Source: Deferribacterales bacterium (GTDB lineage: Bacteria; Chrysiogenota; Deferribacteres; Deferribacterales; Geovibrionaceae). Taken from it: a DNA stretch of 64,000 nt. The notes below the pieces were generated by a model. That model saw only the letters and a program-made list of their open reading frames with translations, was not told where the DNA came from and made no database searches. The DNA is taken from contig JBFWJS010000005.1 of NCBI GenBank assembly GCA_050253075.1, forward strand, positions 115,237-179,236, in the 5' to 3' direction. Made by a program: the position numbers and the translations under genes. Below, piece after piece: positions 10,350-20,737 of the stretch (position 1 is its first letter; each line of letters begins with the position of its first letter).

Positions 10350-10452
10350 AAATTTAAAATTAGCAAAAATAGACAATTTTACAAGCAAAAATAATAAAGA
10401 ATAAGTAAACCAGACGTACTATTATCCTGTGAAAAGGACTAGGGGGTAGTCT

Positions 10453-11571
10453 ATGAAAAGATCATTTATAAGAGAGATCCTCGAATCTATCAACGAAGAA
10501 ACGATATCCTTTGCAGGGGGGCTTCCCGACGACAAGCTCTTTCCTCTGGAAGGGATGCAGGAAGCTGCTGCGAAGGCCATGCTCAACTCTTCAAATCTGC
10601 AGTATTCCACCAGCGGAGGCATCATGCCACTGCGTGAGAAGATAGCAGAGCTCCATACCGAAGAGGGCTTTCCCACAGAAGCGGAAAACATCCTTATCAC
10701 CACAGGCAGCCAGCAGGGCTTATATGCCGCTGCAAAATATTTCGAAGAGAGACAGATAGTCATCGAGTCGCCTTCATACCTCGGCGCCGTGAATATCTTC
10801 AGAGCAAACAACATGTTTATGCTTTCCGTACCGCTCACACAGAACGGCATAGACATAGAGCTCTTCGCCGAGAAGTTCCACAGGGCAAAGCTGACATACC
10901 TTATACCTGATTTCCAGAACCCTACAGGACACAGACATTCGCTGGAGAACAGACAGCAGACAGCCGATGTTGTCTATAACAACAGAGGGCTCATCATCGA
11001 AGACGCTCCGTACAACGAGCTGTACTTCGACGAACGTTACCCCAGCATCTCGTCCATGATACCGGACAACAGTATCTACATGGGCTCATTCTCCAAAACC
11101 CTGACACCGGGGCTGCGCATAGGCTGGGTAAGGGCAAAGAAAGAGATAATAGACAGACTGACAGCCATAAAGGAAACCATAGACCTGCACACAAGCACCG
11201 TCACACAGCACATACTGTATGAGTTCCTGAAAGACGATGTGACATATAAAGAGCATAAAAACATGCTGAGAAGAGAATACAAAGCAAAGATGGAAGTATT
11301 CGCAAACGCCCTGCGCAAATATCTGCCTGATTTCGAATTTACCAACCCTTCAGGCGGTATGTTCATATACGGCAGGCTGAAAGGCGTGGATACATACGAC
11401 ATGATACAGGAATGCATGAAGGAAAAGGTCGTCTTCGTACCGGGAAACCAGTTTTACAACGACAGGGACACCTGCGACGAGATACGCTTTAACTTCACCC
11501 ACAGCTCTCCTGAGATAATAGAGGAAGGGCTGAAACGCATCAGAAACATCTACGAATCTGTACACGTATAA
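10453..11571 (+). CDS. PLP-dependent aminotransferase class I/II (ARO8/LysN-like)
   Basis: ISFAGGLP, TTGSQQGL, PDFQNPTG, IIEDAPY, GSFSKTLTPGLRIGW. Confidence 0.92.
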   Translation: MKRSFIREILESINEETISFAGGLPDDKLFPLEGMQEAAAKAMLNSSNLQYSTSGGIMPLREKIAELHTEEGFPTEAENILITTGSQQGLYAAAKYFEERQIVIESPSYLGAVNIFRANNMFMLSVPLTQNGIDIELFAEKFHRAKLTYLIPDFQNPTGHRHSLENRQQTADVVYNNRGLIIEDAPYNELYFDERYPSISSMIPDNSIYMGSFSKTLTPGLRIGWVRAKKEIIDRLTAIKETIDLHTSTVTQHILYEFLKDDVTYKEHKNMLRREYKAKMEVFANALRKYLPDFEFTNPSGGMFIYGRLKGVDTYDMIQECMKEKVVFVPGNQFYNDRDTCDEIRFNFTHSSPEIIEEGLKRIRNIYESVHV

Positions 11572-11599
11572 AAAAAGGCGGGGCAAAAACCCCGCCTTA
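11572..11599. terminator. terminator between convergent genes
   Basis: AAGGCGGGG-caaaaa-CCCCGCCTT with an A run on the left (U tract on the minus strand). Confidence 0.75.
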
Positions 11600-11620
11600 T
11601 CTATTTTCTACTTAATCTAC

Positions 11621-13384
11621 TTAGTAAGTAAATTGTTTCTGAACACCGAATACTCTTCCGTATACGTCGAATACTTCGAAGTTTGCGTTGTATGAGTGAC
11701 CGGATGTAAATGTGGTTGCGTTAGCCACGATGCTTGTTGTATCGAATGGGATGCTTCCGCCGTCGTCATCGCCGTCGCTGCCGCCTTCGAAAACGTTATA
11801 GCCGCCTTCATTGTCATAAACATCAAGCTGCACTTCGGAAACGTTTGCATTATCTGTGTGAGTAAAAGCAAATGTTACAGTACCGTCTGTGTTTTGTGTA
11901 ACGGTGAGCGTCGGGATGAACTCATCCAGAACAGCCTCAGTAGGACAAGCAGGGAGAGTGAGCTCTATGCCGTCTGTTGTGCCGTCTGTGTAGTCCACAT
12001 GCAGATCGATGTCTCTGGCAGCGCATATGTCTGCAGAGTATGTTACGTCGTACTGCTGGTTGCCTGTGTAGTAATAAGGATATGTCTCACTTGTGTACAG
12101 GTGGTATTCGTTGCTGTCGTCGTTAGGGTTGATGAAAAGCTCTACAGTACTAGGAAAGAAGCCTGCATCGAGATATACGTTATCGATAGGGTAAAGGTCT
12201 GTCTCTGTGACATCCGCCCAAAATCTGCTCTCGATAGTGCCGTCGCCTGTGTCGTAGAAGCCCATGTTCACCCAGAACTCAGACTTTTTCTGGTTACCGA
12301 TGAGAGCCCACTTCTGTGTGGCTTCATCATATGTAACATACATAGGAGCTGCCTTGTATGATGCCTCTTTTGAGTCGTCATAGTTCTCTTCCTCAACCAC
12401 TTCGCCGTTGAGCTTAAGCTGTGTGTGTGAAGCGATGAATACTTTATAAGTAGTATCGTTCACTTTAACAGCTTTTGCATCTGAGCTGACGAGAGTCAAA
12501 GTGAGACCGGCATCTTGCATATCGGTTAATTCACTCTGAATGTTTGTAAGCCAGTGTTCTGCATCATATCCGTCTGTGAGGAAATCTGTGCTGAGGCTGG
12601 CTGCGAGTGTTGTAATGTCGCCTGTGGCATAAGCGTTGAATACGCCTTCGATGATCTCGGAAGCTGTTTCTGCATCATTAGATGAAGCAGGAACGACAAA
12701 TCCGCCTGTTGATATCTCTTCATAAATTTCAGAGCTTTCGAAAGCAGAAGCGAGAACAGTCGAAACACTCACACCGTTCTCAGCGTTTTGCCATGTGAGA
12801 GCATTCGTGTAGGACTGCCTGAGGCTTTCAAATGTACCGTCATTTTCAACAGACTCTCTGAATGTTGTCACGTCGATATCAAGTGTAGCATCAGAAAACC
12901 CTGCAAGAAGCTGAGCAGCACTGGCGCTGTTGTTGTTTGCCTCGAGAGCACCTACATAAGCCTGCAGGATATCTACGAAAAGTGTCGATTCAGGGTCTGT
13001 GGCACCTAAATCAACGCCGCCGTCTGTGGATGCAAGAGAGGAGAAGAAGTTCTTGAGAACAAGGTCTCCTGCGTGGGCTTCAACGTATCCCACAGCATCT
13101 TCGGAATAGTTTCTGACAACACAAGAGTATTCGCCGTTGCCGTCGTCAGTCATTTGATATGTTGTACCGTCTGCGAGAGTAAGAGTAACGCTGATGGCTG
13201 TTGCTCTTGATAAGCTGTCGTCAAAAAATCCTGACGGTGTACCTGTCAGAGACAGAGTTGTTTTGATCTCTACATCTGTAGAGTCGTCTGTTCCTGCATT
13301 ATCTGAGCTGCTTCCGCTGCCGCCACCACATGCGACAAGCGTGAGCATTACAGCTGTCATAAGCAGGTTTCTTAATAGTTTCAT
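11621..13384 (-). CDS. acidic surface lipoprotein, function unknown
   Basis: GGAGG RBS, ATG 13384, lipobox LVACGGGSG, Ser/Thr/Asp-rich, beta-rich sequence. Confidence 0.8.
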   Translation of the reverse strand: MKLLRNLLMTAVMLTLVACGGGSGSSSDNAGTDDSTDVEIKTTLSLTGTPSGFFDDSLSRATAISVTLTLADGTTYQMTDDGNGEYSCVVRNYSEDAVGYVEAHAGDLVLKNFFSSLASTDGGVDLGATDPESTLFVDILQAYVGALEANNNSASAAQLLAGFSDATLDIDVTTFRESVENDGTFESLRQSYTNALTWQNAENGVSVSTVLASAFESSEIYEEISTGGFVVPASSNDAETASEIIEGVFNAYATGDITTLAASLSTDFLTDGYDAEHWLTNIQSELTDMQDAGLTLTLVSSDAKAVKVNDTTYKVFIASHTQLKLNGEVVEEENYDDSKEASYKAAPMYVTYDEATQKWALIGNQKKSEFWVNMGFYDTGDGTIESRFWADVTETDLYPIDNVYLDAGFFPSTVELFINPNDDSNEYHLYTSETYPYYYTGNQQYDVTYSADICAARDIDLHVDYTDGTTDGIELTLPACPTEAVLDEFIPTLTVTQNTDGTVTFAFTHTDNANVSEVQLDVYDNEGGYNVFEGGSDGDDDGGSIPFDTTSIVANATTFTSGHSYNANFEVFDVYGRVFGVQKQFTY

Positions 13385-13620
13385 ATAACCTCCAAGTATT
13401 AAGTTCTTTTCCCAGTGCGAATGGAAAGTAATAAAATATACCCCCGCAAAATATGCAAAACAAGTTATATTTACCAATTCATATATATGTCAAACCATTG
13501 TCAATTTTATTAATTTCCGTAAACTACTATTTCTTATGATGTTTTCATAATCACCAATGTCTGAAACTCTTATAAAAAATAAAATTATATTCATGCAAGG
13601 TTTGCATCGGCATTTTATAT

Positions 13621-14607
13621 ATGTTAAGTTCAAAAATGCTTCATAGAATAATCAAAGATAAAGACTCACCCGATGAGCACAGACATAAAGTCAGCAAAAA
13701 TACAAAAAGACTAATAATCCCGAAGAAGTACACCATAATCAGATGGCTTACACAGAATTTCTTCATAATAATAGGCAGTGTGATATCCGCACTGGGCTAT
13801 GTTCTCTTTCAGATACCGTTCGACCTCGCCGCAGGCGGTGTGACAGGCCTCGCCATCATCCTGTATAAACTGGTCAATATCCCCGCAGACACCTCATATC
13901 TTGTACTCAATATACCATTGATGATTTTAGGATATTACACACTGGGAAAGATGAAGTTCCTGTCCTCCACCATGGTAGCAGTATTGACATTTTACCTTTC
14001 CACAAAGCTTTTCCTTGTCTATCTGCCGATATGGTTAACTCAGTATCCGATATCTCAGGACATGCTGCTGAGCAGTATATACTCCGGCGTTCTCTTCGGT
14101 ATAGGGATGGGCATCATATACCGTGCAGGCGGAACACTCGGCGGAACAAGCATCCCCGCTAGGATAATACAGCAAAAGACAGGATTCCCCCTTTCGCAGT
14201 CCTTTATGGTCACAGACCTTTCGATAATAATACTTGCAGGCTTCATCTTCAGCTGGGAGATAGCACTCCTCGCCATACTAGCACTGCTGCTCTCGGGCAT
14301 GGTCTCCGACTTTGTCATGGAGGGGAGCTCACAGGTGCGCACCGCTTTCATCATCACAAAGCATCCGAATGTACTAAGCAACACCCTCATGGCAGAGCTG
14401 GGCAGAGGCGTCAGCACATGGACCATACAGGGGGGATACTCCCAGACAGACCAGACAATGGTCTACTGCACAGTGCGAAGATCTCAGGTTTCCGAGCTGA
14501 AATACCTCGTGGCTGCCGTGGATGAAAAAGCATTCCTTGTCATCGGCACAGCACAGCAGGCGTGGGGCGGCGTAGGCTTCAACTCTCTCAAAGCTCCTAA
14601 AAACTAA
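13621..14607 (+). CDS. YitT-family membrane protein (DUF161/DUF2179)
   Basis: GGVTGLA, LNIPL, GGTLGGT TM region and C-terminal LGRGVS...GGYS...DEKAF domain. Confidence 0.9.
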   Translation: MLSSKMLHRIIKDKDSPDEHRHKVSKNTKRLIIPKKYTIIRWLTQNFFIIIGSVISALGYVLFQIPFDLAAGGVTGLAIILYKLVNIPADTSYLVLNIPLMILGYYTLGKMKFLSSTMVAVLTFYLSTKLFLVYLPIWLTQYPISQDMLLSSIYSGVLFGIGMGIIYRAGGTLGGTSIPARIIQQKTGFPLSQSFMVTDLSIIILAGFIFSWEIALLAILALLLSGMVSDFVMEGSSQVRTAFIITKHPNVLSNTLMAELGRGVSTWTIQGGYSQTDQTMVYCTVRRSQVSELKYLVAAVDEKAFLVIGTAQQAWGGVGFNSLKAPKN

Positions 14608-14652
14608 TCCGCACATACCCGACATACCCGAAATTCTGCAGAAGCGTCTATT

Positions 14653-14863
14653 TTTACATCCTGATTTACATCAAATCCGTCTATAGCTCTTACATTTTTA
14701 CACAATACTAATTTAATCTGATTCTATAACAGTCTAATAAATAGCGTCTTTTTCGCTATTAATATTTTACATTTTTCTTTACATTTTTAGTGTAAAATCT
14801 CTTTACATGCATTTACATAAATGGTATATAAATAACTGTGAGTTATGGAATTTAGATTTACAT
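14653..14863 (+). repeat. array of TTTACAT heptamers upstream of the first Fic gene
   Basis: Perfect copies start at 14653, 14665, 14766, 14778, 14802, 14812 and 14857; near copies at 14689, 14697 and (inverted) 14790. Confidence 0.7.
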
Positions 14864-14887
14864 TTTATTTATAATGAGAGGTTACAA

Positions 14888-16015
14888 ATGGTTACTAAAA
14901 AGGTTATGGCTACATCTAAGGTTTTTATGTTCAGCGACTCCTATGATAAAAAGTCCCTCGGCGAAATGCTCTCCCGTGCTGCAATCCTCAATACAACGAT
15001 AAGCGACATCCCCATGCTCCCTCAGCAGGCAGCAGACATCGATACGGAGATACTCGCTTCATCCATCACAGGCACAGCAGCAATAGACGGAAATCCGTTC
15101 ACTGAGCAGGACATTCGCACTGTCATTGAAAAAAATGATGTAGAAAATTACTCACTTAACCACAAAATAGAGATAGAAAACCTCATAGCAGCCTACGAAT
15201 CACTCGATAATTTCGAGACAAAGGGTGAAAACTTCATCATAACCGAAGAGTTCATCAAAACCCTCCACTACTCACTCACAAAAAACCTCACATACAAAAG
15301 CAACACACCCGGAGAATACAGAGACAAGCTGGTAAAGGTCGGTTCCGAACAGCACGGCGGTATCTACAGACCACCATCGACTCTCAACGATATAGAAAAC
15401 CTCATGGCTTCCTTTGTGGAATGGATAAACAGCGAAGAACTGCTGAACGCATCACCTTTCATCAGAGCATCACTCGCACACTATCACCTTTCCCTCATCC
15501 ACCCTTTCTTCTCAGGCAACGGACGCACCGCAAGGCTTCTTGAGGCTTACATCCTGCACGCTGCAAACATTCGCAATGTTTCAAAAATGCTCGCAGGCTA
15601 CTATTACAAAAACATGGACAGATACTTCCTCTCCTTCAGCCAGACAAAGCGAAAGGGGAAGGACACTACGCCATTCCTTATGTTCGTCCTCGAGGCTGTA
15701 AACGCATGTCTGGACGAGCTTAAGAACCGTGTCTACGGATACCTGTATGACCTCACCATGAGAGAATTCCTCACTATTATGAAAAACGACGGAGACCTGA
15801 ACACGAGACAGTACGAGCTTGTACTTCTTATGATGGACGAAGATGTAGAGATAAGCCTTAATTCACTTCAGACAGAGAAGCCCTTCGTATACCTCTACAG
15901 CGATGTGACAGAGCAGACGGCAAGGCGTGACATAAAGAAACTGTCAGACCTGAACCTGCTCCGTACGGAAGACGGCAAAAGTTTTCACCTCTGCTTTGAT
16001 ATGCTGATGTTTTAA
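14888..16015 (+). CDS. Fic-domain protein with C-terminal winged HTH (Fic-1)
   Basis: PGEYR, motif HPFFSGNGRTAR, C-terminal LNTRQ...TEQTARRDIKKL. The ATG at 14888 follows a GAGAGG RBS. Confidence 0.88.
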   Translation: MVTKKVMATSKVFMFSDSYDKKSLGEMLSRAAILNTTISDIPMLPQQAADIDTEILASSITGTAAIDGNPFTEQDIRTVIEKNDVENYSLNHKIEIENLIAAYESLDNFETKGENFIITEEFIKTLHYSLTKNLTYKSNTPGEYRDKLVKVGSEQHGGIYRPPSTLNDIENLMASFVEWINSEELLNASPFIRASLAHYHLSLIHPFFSGNGRTARLLEAYILHAANIRNVSKMLAGYYYKNMDRYFLSFSQTKRKGKDTTPFLMFVLEAVNACLDELKNRVYGYLYDLTMREFLTIMKNDGDLNTRQYELVLLMMDEDVEISLNSLQTEKPFVYLYSDVTEQTARRDIKKLSDLNLLRTEDGKSFHLCFDMLMF

Positions 16016-17059
16016 TTATTTAATGAATTTGCTGAATTTCTCGCCGAAGTCGTCGAGACTGTAAACGGTGACAGATTTATCATGTTCATTAAGGAGCTCT
16101 GCCAGAGCCTCCCAGTCGTCCTTAGGATAGACGTTTTTAGATATCTCGGGGAGAACGCCCGTGTCGGATGTGATGAGAGGCACACCGCAAGCCATGGCTT
16201 CCATCCCCACCCTGCATATTGCCTCTGAGCCAAGAGAGGATACAACGCACACATCGAGGCTGTTGTATATATCCGCAATATCATCCCTCTTTCCCGTTAT
16301 CAGGCTTATATCTTTTATACCGTGCTCTGTGAGCATGCGTTCTATCTCTGCCTCACTGCTGACAGCGTCGAACCCTGCTATGAGCAGACGTATGTCTTTA
16401 CGTCCGTTATGATAAAGTTTTGAGACCGCCCTGATGAGGTTCTCGTGTCCTTTGATAGGGTCAAATCTGCCGACTATCCCCACCACAAAGTTTTCATCGG
16501 TATAGCCGAATTCGTCCCTTAGCTTTATACGTGCGAAACCGCTCGGTTTGAATATATCAGTATCCACACCGCCGTATATGACATTCAGCCCTATTTCAGG
16601 CGTGTCAAAGATGTCTCTGTACTGCTGTTTGATGAATTCCCCTGATGTGATTATGGCATCGGTGCATCTGTTGTGAAAGAATTTGTTCAGCTTCCCCGGT
16701 TTCGGAGGACGGATGTCTCCACGGACACGCAGGAGCTTATATTTCTGTTTAGTGACCCGTCTGTAGGCAAAATAGCCATAAAATTCTCCCCTGTTGCATA
16801 TGACGATCTCCGGGTCAAAGGTCATCATCAGCTTATCCATTGCGCCCATAGCAGCCAGCACCCTGAAAGGGTCTGATTTGTTAATATCGGCCTCGAACGT
16901 TTCGAGGCCGATATCATGAGCTTTAAGGACAGGAGGTGTGCCAGGCAGACCGCAGACAAGGACATCGTGTCCTCTGCGCTTGAGGACCGATGAAAGGTTC
17001 ACGGCATACCAGGCAGTTGCGTTAAACCACCTGACGTTTATCACGTTCAGGATACGCAC
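16016..17059 (-). CDS. glycosyltransferase family 4 (GT-B)
   Basis: VGRFDPIKGH, SEAICRVGMEAMACGVPLITSDTG. Confidence 0.9.
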   Translation of the reverse strand: MRILNVINVRWFNATAWYAVNLSSVLKRRGHDVLVCGLPGTPPVLKAHDIGLETFEADINKSDPFRVLAAMGAMDKLMMTFDPEIVICNRGEFYGYFAYRRVTKQKYKLLRVRGDIRPPKPGKLNKFFHNRCTDAIITSGEFIKQQYRDIFDTPEIGLNVIYGGVDTDIFKPSGFARIKLRDEFGYTDENFVVGIVGRFDPIKGHENLIRAVSKLYHNGRKDIRLLIAGFDAVSSEAEIERMLTEHGIKDISLITGKRDDIADIYNSLDVCVVSSLGSEAICRVGMEAMACGVPLITSDTGVLPEISKNVYPKDDWEALAELLNEHDKSVTVYSLDDFGEKFSKFIK

Positions 17060-17070
17060 CTCGTACTCTT

Positions 17071-18198
17071 TTAATCCGCCTGATTTCTGAGGTAAGCCGG
17101 CAGTTCGGATTCTTCCTCGTTGAAGTCAGACAGAGTTTTTAACCTGTGATCATTTTTTCGGATGCTTCCGAGTGTTCTTTTAATATCGTTACCGCTTGTA
17201 GCTTTCTCGGCAAAGCTCTCAAGGTCTACGGCCTTTTTTTCGCGAGATTTACCAAGCCCCGTGGCAACGACTGTCACTCTGATCTCGCCGTTCATGTTAG
17301 GGTCAAGCACAACACCCTTAAAGATGTTTGCATCTTCGCCTGCGGCTTCATAGATCTTGAGTGCGATGTTTTCCATCTCCTGCATGCGGAAGTCCATACC
17401 GCATGTGATGTTCAGCAGCAGAGCTTCTGCGCCGTTGATGGATGCATCAGTGATAAGCGGAGAATTAAGGGCACGCTCTGCGGCCATAAGGTCTCTGTTC
17501 TCCCCTTCGCCCACACCGATACCCATGAGAGCCATACCTTTGGAACCCATGATGGTGCGGATATCTGCGAAGTCGACATTCACGACACCGCTGGAGTTAA
17601 TAGCGTCTGAGATACCCTGTACGCCCTGACGGAGAACATCGTCTGCCATCTTGAACGCTTCGTCAAAGAGTGTGTTCTCTTTGCACTGGTCGAGTATCTT
17701 GTCGTTGTGAACAACGATATATGTGTCAACATGCTCTTTAAGGAACTTAAGTCCTTGGTCAGCAAATGTATTTCTCTTTTTACCTTCGAAAGCGAAAGGC
17801 TTAGACACAACAGCAACGGTAAGTGCGCCGAGGTCCTTTGCAATGCTCGCAATAACAGGCGCAGCACCTGTGCCTGTTCCGCCGCCCATGCCTGCTGTTA
17901 CAAACACGAGGTCGGCTCCTTTGAGCTGCTCTTCTATCGCTTCCATATCTTCGATAGCGGATTTCTTACCCACTTCAGGGTTACCGCCGGCGCCGAGTCC
18001 ACGAGTGATAGTGGTTCCCAGCTGTATCTTCACCGGGGCGAGGTTCGCCTTCAGTGCCTGAGCATCAGTGTTTGCCGCGATAAAATCGACATCCTCTATG
18101 CCCTCTCGTATCATGTTGTTTACAGCATTGCCGCCTGCGCCGCCAACACCTACAACCTTGATGACCGCGTTACTGGCGATCTCAGTGAATTCAAACAT
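17071..18198 (-). CDS. ftsZ: cell division protein FtsZ
   Basis: [30 protein letters not shown]-terminal [18 protein letters not shown] before the ATG at 18198. Confidence 0.98.
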   Translation of the reverse strand: MFEFTEIASNAVIKVVGVGGAGGNAVNNMIREGIEDVDFIAANTDAQALKANLAPVKIQLGTTITRGLGAGGNPEVGKKSAIEDMEAIEEQLKGADLVFVTAGMGGGTGTGAAPVIASIAKDLGALTVAVVSKPFAFEGKKRNTFADQGLKFLKEHVDTYIVVHNDKILDQCKENTLFDEAFKMADDVLRQGVQGISDAINSSGVVNVDFADIRTIMGSKGMALMGIGVGEGENRDLMAAERALNSPLITDASINGAEALLLNITCGMDFRMQEMENIALKIYEAAGEDANIFKGVVLDPNMNGEIRVTVVATGLGKSREKKAVDLESFAEKATSGNDIKRTLGSIRKNDHRLKTLSDFNEEESELPAYLRNQAD

Positions 18199-18299
18199 TA
18201 ATTCCTCCTGCAGAAAGCTCAACTTCTGCGTGTTGTCCTTAAATAGTACGCTCGATATATACTTCTTGATGAGTCGTCCTGACCATCTCGTATATGTCA

Positions 18300-18336
18300 T
18301 GGAAGATCACCACAGCCCTTTGGGCTTCGCGATGAC
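18300..18336. repeat. half copy of the GTCAT...ATGAC palindromic repeat
   Basis: tggaagatcaccacagccctttgggcttcgcgatgac is nearly identical to 20428-20465. Confidence 0.75.
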
Positions 18337-18349
18337 CTTAAAACACTTC

Positions 18350-19585
18350 TTAAAAGAATTCGCCAAACCAGCTCTTCATCCTGCCGAGCACATTTGTAAA
18401 AGCCTTCTCGTCGTTTCCGGAGAGCTTGTTACCCGGCTGATGCCCTTTGCGGCTTGCCACCATAGCCAGTCCCACTGCCGTAGCGTATTTAGGGTCTGTC
18501 ACATGGTCTGAAAGCCCGCCCACTCTCGAAGGTTTGCCGAGCCTCACAGGCACACCGAGTATCTCGGCTGCGAGGTGCTCTATCCCCTCGTGGTTTGCGA
18601 ATCCGCCTGTAATAACAACGCCCGCTCCCAGATGATCCATCAGCCCCTTATACTGGAGCTCGCCTTTGAATATCTGGAAAACTTCTTCGGCTCTCGCCTG
18701 AAGTATCTGTGTTACAACAGGTTTTCCAACTTCCCTCGGTGGACGCCCGCCCACTGTCGGTACTTCTATAACATCATCTTCCTCTACCAGAGGCATCCAG
18801 ACACACCCGTGTTTTATCTTCAGCTTTTCAGCCTCGGATTCAGGCGTATTCAGACCTATGGCGAGGTCTTTTGTAAAGTTTCTTCCGCCGATAAGGAGAG
18901 CCGCTGTGTGGAACACTGCACCCTGTTTGTAAACAGCCATGTCAGAAGTTCCGCCGCCGCCGTCGATGATACACACCCCTATCTCTTTTTCATCGTCCGA
19001 AAGGACCGATTCTGAAGAGGCTAATTGCTCTAAAACTATGTCATCAACGATAATTCCTGCTTTTTCACAGCTCTTCACTATATTCTGGGCACTGGATACT
19101 GCACCGGTGATGATATGCACGTCTGCCTCGAGGCGCACGCCTGTCATCCCCACGGGGTCTTTTATCTCGCTCTGCCCGTCCAGAATGAACTGCTGAGGGA
19201 GTATCGCCAGTATCTCATTACCCACAGTGATGTTTGTCGCTGCTGCTGTTTCGATAACTCTTTCGACGTCCTTCTGAGTGATCTCACGTCCGCCTTTCAC
19301 AGCTATCGTTCCACGCTGGTTAAAGCTCTTTATGTGACCGCCAGCAATGCCTGCGGTAGCTCTCTTTATCTGAACACCCGACATGCGCTCTGCCTCTGCA
19401 ACAGCTTCTCTGATGCTGTTCACAGTGGAGTCTATGTTGACGACCACACCTCTGCGGATGCCCTCGCTCGGAGCTTTCCCCAGACCGATAATATCAAGGC
19501 TTCCGTCCTCGTTCTTGCTCGCCACCACTGCGCAAATTTTAGTTGTGCCGAAATCAAGACCGACAAAGATGTTGTCCGTTGCCAT
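18350..19585 (-). CDS. ftsA: cell division protein FtsA
   Basis: GLDFGTTKIC, IIDGGGGTSD, C-terminal amphipathic MKSWFGEFF. Confidence 0.97.
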   Translation of the reverse strand: MATDNIFVGLDFGTTKICAVVASKNEDGSLDIIGLGKAPSEGIRRGVVVNIDSTVNSIREAVAEAERMSGVQIKRATAGIAGGHIKSFNQRGTIAVKGGREITQKDVERVIETAAATNITVGNEILAILPQQFILDGQSEIKDPVGMTGVRLEADVHIITGAVSSAQNIVKSCEKAGIIVDDIVLEQLASSESVLSDDEKEIGVCIIDGGGGTSDMAVYKQGAVFHTAALLIGGRNFTKDLAIGLNTPESEAEKLKIKHGCVWMPLVEEDDVIEVPTVGGRPPREVGKPVVTQILQARAEEVFQIFKGELQYKGLMDHLGAGVVITGGFANHEGIEHLAAEILGVPVRLGKPSRVGGLSDHVTDPKYATAVGLAMVASRKGHQPGNKLSGNDEKAFTNVLGRMKSWFGEFF

Positions 19586-20268
19586 TACATCACCCCTTTA
19601 ACATATATTTTATCGGGTATGCGCATATCCACGTATTCGATGGATTTATATCTGTTCTTCACAGTTTTCTTATAAACCTCGAAGAGCTTTGCAAATTCTT
19701 CCCTGTCATAGTTGCCGAGGATCTTGATATCCCCGTCTGTAACAGTGAAGTAAAACTGCTTAAGCTCCACATCCGCATCTTTCAGCACGGCAGTGTTCTC
19801 GTATATACGGATGAACTCTCTAAAGTCCTGATCCTCAACACCGCTCTCCATGCGAACCTTTGCCTCTTTGCAGTCTTCCTTTATCAGGAGGCCGGATGCA
19901 GTCGCTGTAAAGCATCCCTTTGTGTTTGTAAGCTGAAAGACGGGAGTCTTTTCAAATACAACCACTTCGAGGCTGTCAGGAAACACTTTCCTGATCTCCA
20001 TGCGCTCTACCCAAGTGTCGTCGACACTCGTTATATTCGTATTTTTAATATCAAAGATACTCTTGCCGACCAGCGATTTCACCATGGATTTCACTTTATT
20101 TTCATCGGCTTTGATAACACCTTTAACACGCACACTCTTCACTTTGAAATACCCGCTGTCGGAAAGCACCACCGCACCTGCTGTGACACCCACCGCGAAC
20201 AGACCTACGGTAAACAGTGCGAAGACCGTTACTGCCATAAATCCTACAAATCCTTTTTTCTTAGCCAT
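19585..20268 (-). CDS. ftsQ: cell division protein FtsQ/DivIB
   Basis: Single TM, POTRA (WVERMEIRKVFPDSLEV), C-terminal YVDMR; located just before ftsA. Confidence 0.88.
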   Translation of the reverse strand: MAKKKGFVGFMAVTVFALFTVGLFAVGVTAGAVVLSDSGYFKVKSVRVKGVIKADENKVKSMVKSLVGKSIFDIKNTNITSVDDTWVERMEIRKVFPDSLEVVVFEKTPVFQLTNTKGCFTATASGLLIKEDCKEAKVRMESGVEDQDFREFIRIYENTAVLKDADVELKQFYFTVTDGDIKILGNYDREEFAKLFEVYKKTVKNRYKSIEYVDMRIPDKIYVKGVM

Positions 20269-20328
20269 TACTTAACTCCATTCAAGTAATTTTGCGGCAT
20301 AAGTTCTTTATTACCTTATATTATGTCT

Positions 20329-20737
20329 CTTTGAAACTGATCGTCCCGACAGTTTCAAAGGCTTGGTCATTGCGAGGAGGATTTATCCGGCGAAGCAATC
20401 TTCCACTTAAAGAAACTCTTCTTAACCTGGAAGATCGCCACAGCCCTAAAGGGCTTCGCGATGACACTGTCTAATTCTCTACTACCTACCGTTTACTCTC
20501 AAAAGCTTCGAGGAGCATCTTCTCGATCGATAACTTCTTTGAAACGGATCGTCCTGACCGTTTCAAAGGCGACTTTGCCTAACTAGTCAGGCAAAGGTCT
20601 TTCGGGCTGCAATTCTTTTGCCCGCAGGTGCTCCTGCACCTGATGGTCTCGTCATTGCGAGGCTTGCCGAAGCAATCTTAGCCCTCGTTCCGCAGCCTAC
20701 CGTTTACTCTCAAAAGCTCCGAGGAGCATCTTCTCGA
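20329..20737. repeat. diverged ~210-bp tandem duplication with hairpins and the ddl 3' end
   Basis: 42-bp direct repeat 20485-20526 / 20696-20737 (1 mismatch); paired hairpins 20329-20360 / 20537-20568; GTCATTGCGAGG...CGAAGCAATCTT at 20366 and 20651. Confidence 0.8.

Noticed and set aside
18199..18300. Longer N-terminus of ftsZ in the ORF track (likewise rsmH, murD, murG, Fic-1, AraC, XRE)
   Set aside because: The extensions run through repeats, operators or neighbouring genes; downstream ATGs have RBSs or match family N-termini.
20329..20737. CRISPR array
   Set aside because: Only two long units, no regular repeat-spacer period and no cas genes. No CRISPR array was seen anywhere in the window.
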